DNA of 64,000 bases from sequence record MT133560.1; one strand, written 5' to 3'. How positions within the stretch are numbered: the first letter of the stretch is position 1; every line of letters begins with the position of its first letter. A program made the position numbers and the translations under genes. The notes below the pieces were generated by a model. The model was given only the letters and a program-made list of their open reading frames with translations, made no database searches and was not told the DNA's origin. This document shows, piece by piece, positions 61,536-64,000 of the stretch.

Positions 61536-63824
61536 TTAAAGAGTGCACGAACCGCCTGCACACCCAACTTCGGCATTAGTTACCTCAACAGCACGTTCGA
61601 GTGATTTAATATCAAGTCCTGCTGCTGTTTCTAGATTTACATAATACCGGGTTTTCATTCCACGTTTCACCATGTAGAAGTGATTACTTAGCATTTCATT
61701 AGAAGAGATCTTTTCAGAACCTACAATGCGTCGATAGAGGTCCGCACTGATTGTTTGATCAGTCCACTTTTGAATAATGGCATAGCAATCAATAAGATCT
61801 TTAGTGGGGATATCATAAGCTGATTCATACACATAAGAATCATCATCTCCATATGGAGCAGCCCATAGTACACGTGCGCCATTATCAGTCTTATTAAGAA
61901 TTAGACGACGTACCGGATATGGACCATTAGTTGATCCTAGTGCTTTAGATGACGCCTCACCCGGCATGTATGCAGCTAGTACGGAGTGTGCAATACCACC
62001 ATTCTCCTTAATCTCTTTCTCTAGCTCATCCCATGGATAAAGTTCTTCAAAACCACCTTCAATGATAGTGTCCACTGACTTATTATAAGTCTTACGTGGA
62101 GTCCATCCCTCTGGCCATTTAGTCTTATGAATCCAAGGCGCATTACCACGTTCTTTAGCAATCTTAAGTGACGCCTTAATAAGGAAGTACATATGCCGTT
62201 CAGCAATGAAGTGGATTTCAGCTTTACCAGCATCGCTACTATATTTAAGGCCAGCACGTGCCATATGCGTAGCTAGACCCATGATACCAACACCAGCACT
62301 CATTCGATTCTTAGCGGTTAGTGCAAGGTGTGGGAAAGCATACTCTGCATTAAGGATACAATAGTCAATCATCTTAAGTGCGTAGTAAGCTGCCATTTCA
62401 TAAGTTTGCTTATCAGGAACATTATCCACTGCAATAGCAGCCAGTGAACAAGTAGCAATTTCACCGCGACCATGATCCTCACTAGAATAAAGATCTTCCA
62501 TTCGATAGTAAGGCTTAGTGGGTTCTGCGATTTCAAGGCAGAGGTTAGAACTGTAAATAGGTTCTTTAAATGGTGTATGATGATTGAGTTCATCAATTTG
62601 AGCTGAATAGATGGTTCCAGTCTCATATGCTTCAACTAGCATTGATTTGAGAAGATCCCGAGCATTTACATAGGTTTTCTCAAATTTAGGATCTGCTTCA
62701 TATTTTTCATAAAGCTTAATAAACTTATCAATATCACCACTATAGAAAGCATCATGTAGATCTGGAGCAGTAAATGGATTGAATACAAAGATCATGCCAT
62801 CTTTCTGAGCCGCTTTCTTAGCAAAGAACTTATTACTTAGGAATGCATAGTGAAGATCGCGGTTCTTCCTATCCTCAGTAGAACGTGGATTACGTAACTG
62901 AGTAATCATATCTGCTTCAGGGTCGAAAGCACTATAGTAACATGTAACAGCACCGCCTCGACCATTCTGTAGGTTAGCCCGTACTGCTTTACCCATTACA
63001 TCGATGTATGGTTTCTTACCTTGGTGGATGATTAGACCATTACGAATAGGATCACCAATAGACCGAGTCATTAGGTTAACACCAATACCTGCCGATGACT
63101 GCGTCATGATGTTGGCAATATAATCACCCATTGCAAGTGATACACCATTATCACCAGAAGCAAACAGGCAGCATGATGCGAATCCACGAAGCTTAGTACC
63201 TAGGTTAACATAATTAGGTGTTGGAGCGCTAAGAATCTTATTAGATAATAGTTTATAGAAATTCTCAACATGAGTCATGCGGGTTTCAACTGGTTCTTTC
63301 TCAGCTAATGCCATTGCCATACGCATGTACACAAATTGTGCAGTTTCATATTCTTGACCAGTTTTACGATTACGTAGAGCATACTTTCCACGAATATGGT
63401 GAAGTGAGAAATGTGGACAAAGTAGGTCAAGGTCGTGATCAATGATCTTTTCAATTTGTGCATATTCTTTACTACTATAATCTAGTTTAACAATGATACC
63501 ATCTTTGCGCATTCTAGTTTGAAGCGCTTTAACAGTTGGGATACCATTTAGACCATAGAACTTCTTACGAAGATAAATCGCATATAGTCGACCAGCCATT
63601 AGATAATAAGACCATGTCTTACGATTTAGACATTCTTCAATAAGTTGTAATTGTAGTTCTTGTGATGAAGTTTTATCACCAAGAGCTTGAACAGCATCCA
63701 TTACAACACTACTCCAATCCACCTTATCGCCAAGATGTTGGGCTGCCCATTCACCCCAACCATTAATCTTAGCAGGTGAGTATGCTTCTTCAGTACCGTC
63801 TAGTTTAATGATAGTTTTTAACAT
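61536..63824 (-). CDS. nrdA: ribonucleotide reductase class Ia alpha subunit
   Basis: ATP-cone-like start MLKTIIKLDGTEE (ATG 63824), FASCC, SSNLCLEI, TCSLA, MPGEASS, GMKTRYY, C-terminal CAGGSC. Confidence 0.96.
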   Translation of the reverse strand: MLKTIIKLDGTEEAYSPAKINGWGEWAAQHLGDKVDWSSVVMDAVQALGDKTSSQELQLQLIEECLNRKTWSYYLMAGRLYAIYLRKKFYGLNGIPTVKALQTRMRKDGIIVKLDYSSKEYAQIEKIIDHDLDLLCPHFSLHHIRGKYALRNRKTGQEYETAQFVYMRMAMALAEKEPVETRMTHVENFYKLLSNKILSAPTPNYVNLGTKLRGFASCCLFASGDNGVSLAMGDYIANIMTQSSAGIGVNLMTRSIGDPIRNGLIIHQGKKPYIDVMGKAVRANLQNGRGGAVTCYYSAFDPEADMITQLRNPRSTEDRKNRDLHYAFLSNKFFAKKAAQKDGMIFVFNPFTAPDLHDAFYSGDIDKFIKLYEKYEADPKFEKTYVNARDLLKSMLVEAYETGTIYSAQIDELNHHTPFKEPIYSSNLCLEIAEPTKPYYRMEDLYSSEDHGRGEIATCSLAAIAVDNVPDKQTYEMAAYYALKMIDYCILNAEYAFPHLALTAKNRMSAGVGIMGLATHMARAGLKYSSDAGKAEIHFIAERHMYFLIKASLKIAKERGNAPWIHKTKWPEGWTPRKTYNKSVDTIIEGGFEELYPWDELEKEIKENGGIAHSVLAAYMPGEASSKALGSTNGPYPVRRLILNKTDNGARVLWAAPYGDDDSYVYESAYDIPTKDLIDCYAIIQKWTDQTISADLYRRIVGSEKISSNEMLSNHFYMVKRGMKTRYYVNLETAAGLDIKSLERAVEVTNAEVGCAGGSCTL

Positions 63825-64000
63825 TGTTAATTTCCAATTGTGAGTCGTAAGTTCATGTGAAAAAGTATTCAACATATCTTTAGATCAACTAAGTATTTTT
63901 ACGACCCATTTTAAATGAATTTAGTTGATCTATTGTAAAAGCATATTATGGTACATTGGATATCTTTATCTTAAAAACCTATGTAGCCTTAGTGCCATAA

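Noticed and set aside
58428-62635. Plus-strand and alternate-frame ORFs within the head-protein, nrdB and nrdA genes
   Set aside because: Shadow frames
60272-63824. Intron or intein in nrdA/nrdB/thyA
   Set aside because: Frames are continuous; RNR lengths are normal; no C/S...HN intein ends or group I core seen

Overview
AT-rich, gene-dense segment of a phiKZ-like (Phikzvirus-type, nucleus-forming) Pseudomonas jumbo phage. The assignment rests on: the six-tRNA set (Thr-TGT, Asn-GTT, Asp-GTC, CAT, Pro-TGG, Leu-TAA); the dcd...thyA...tRNAs...head protein-glycine zipper-nrdB-nrdA order; and the published phiKZ promoter motifs (early TATATTAC, late TATG). Bases 1-50.3 kb are a plus-strand accessory region of mostly small unknown ORFs. 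It includes dCTP deaminase, thymidylate synthase, an SspB-like ClpX adaptor, a Mesh1-like HD hydrolase, a Zn-deaminase-fold protein, two AAA ATPases plus a dead paralog, and an HslV/proteasome-like Ntn hydrolase. Bases 50.4-64 kb are minus-strand: tRNAs, a Kelch protein, a gp303-like head protein and class Ia RNR. Most interesting: (1) at least four orphan late-promoter-to-terminator units of about 90-140 nt with no ORF. They use the same TATGTA start motif as the tRNAs, fold into GC-rich structures, and several expose C/U-rich anti-Shine-Dalgarno-like tracts, so they are a candidate phage small-RNA system. (2) A tandem array of divergent Sec-exported two-cysteine paralogs downstream of an early promoter. 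(3) Repeated terminator+early-promoter cassettes that could drive gene shuffling. (4) A GC-richer island after thyA carrying three broken genes. All family calls are by-eye motif recognition; no database search or folding program was run.
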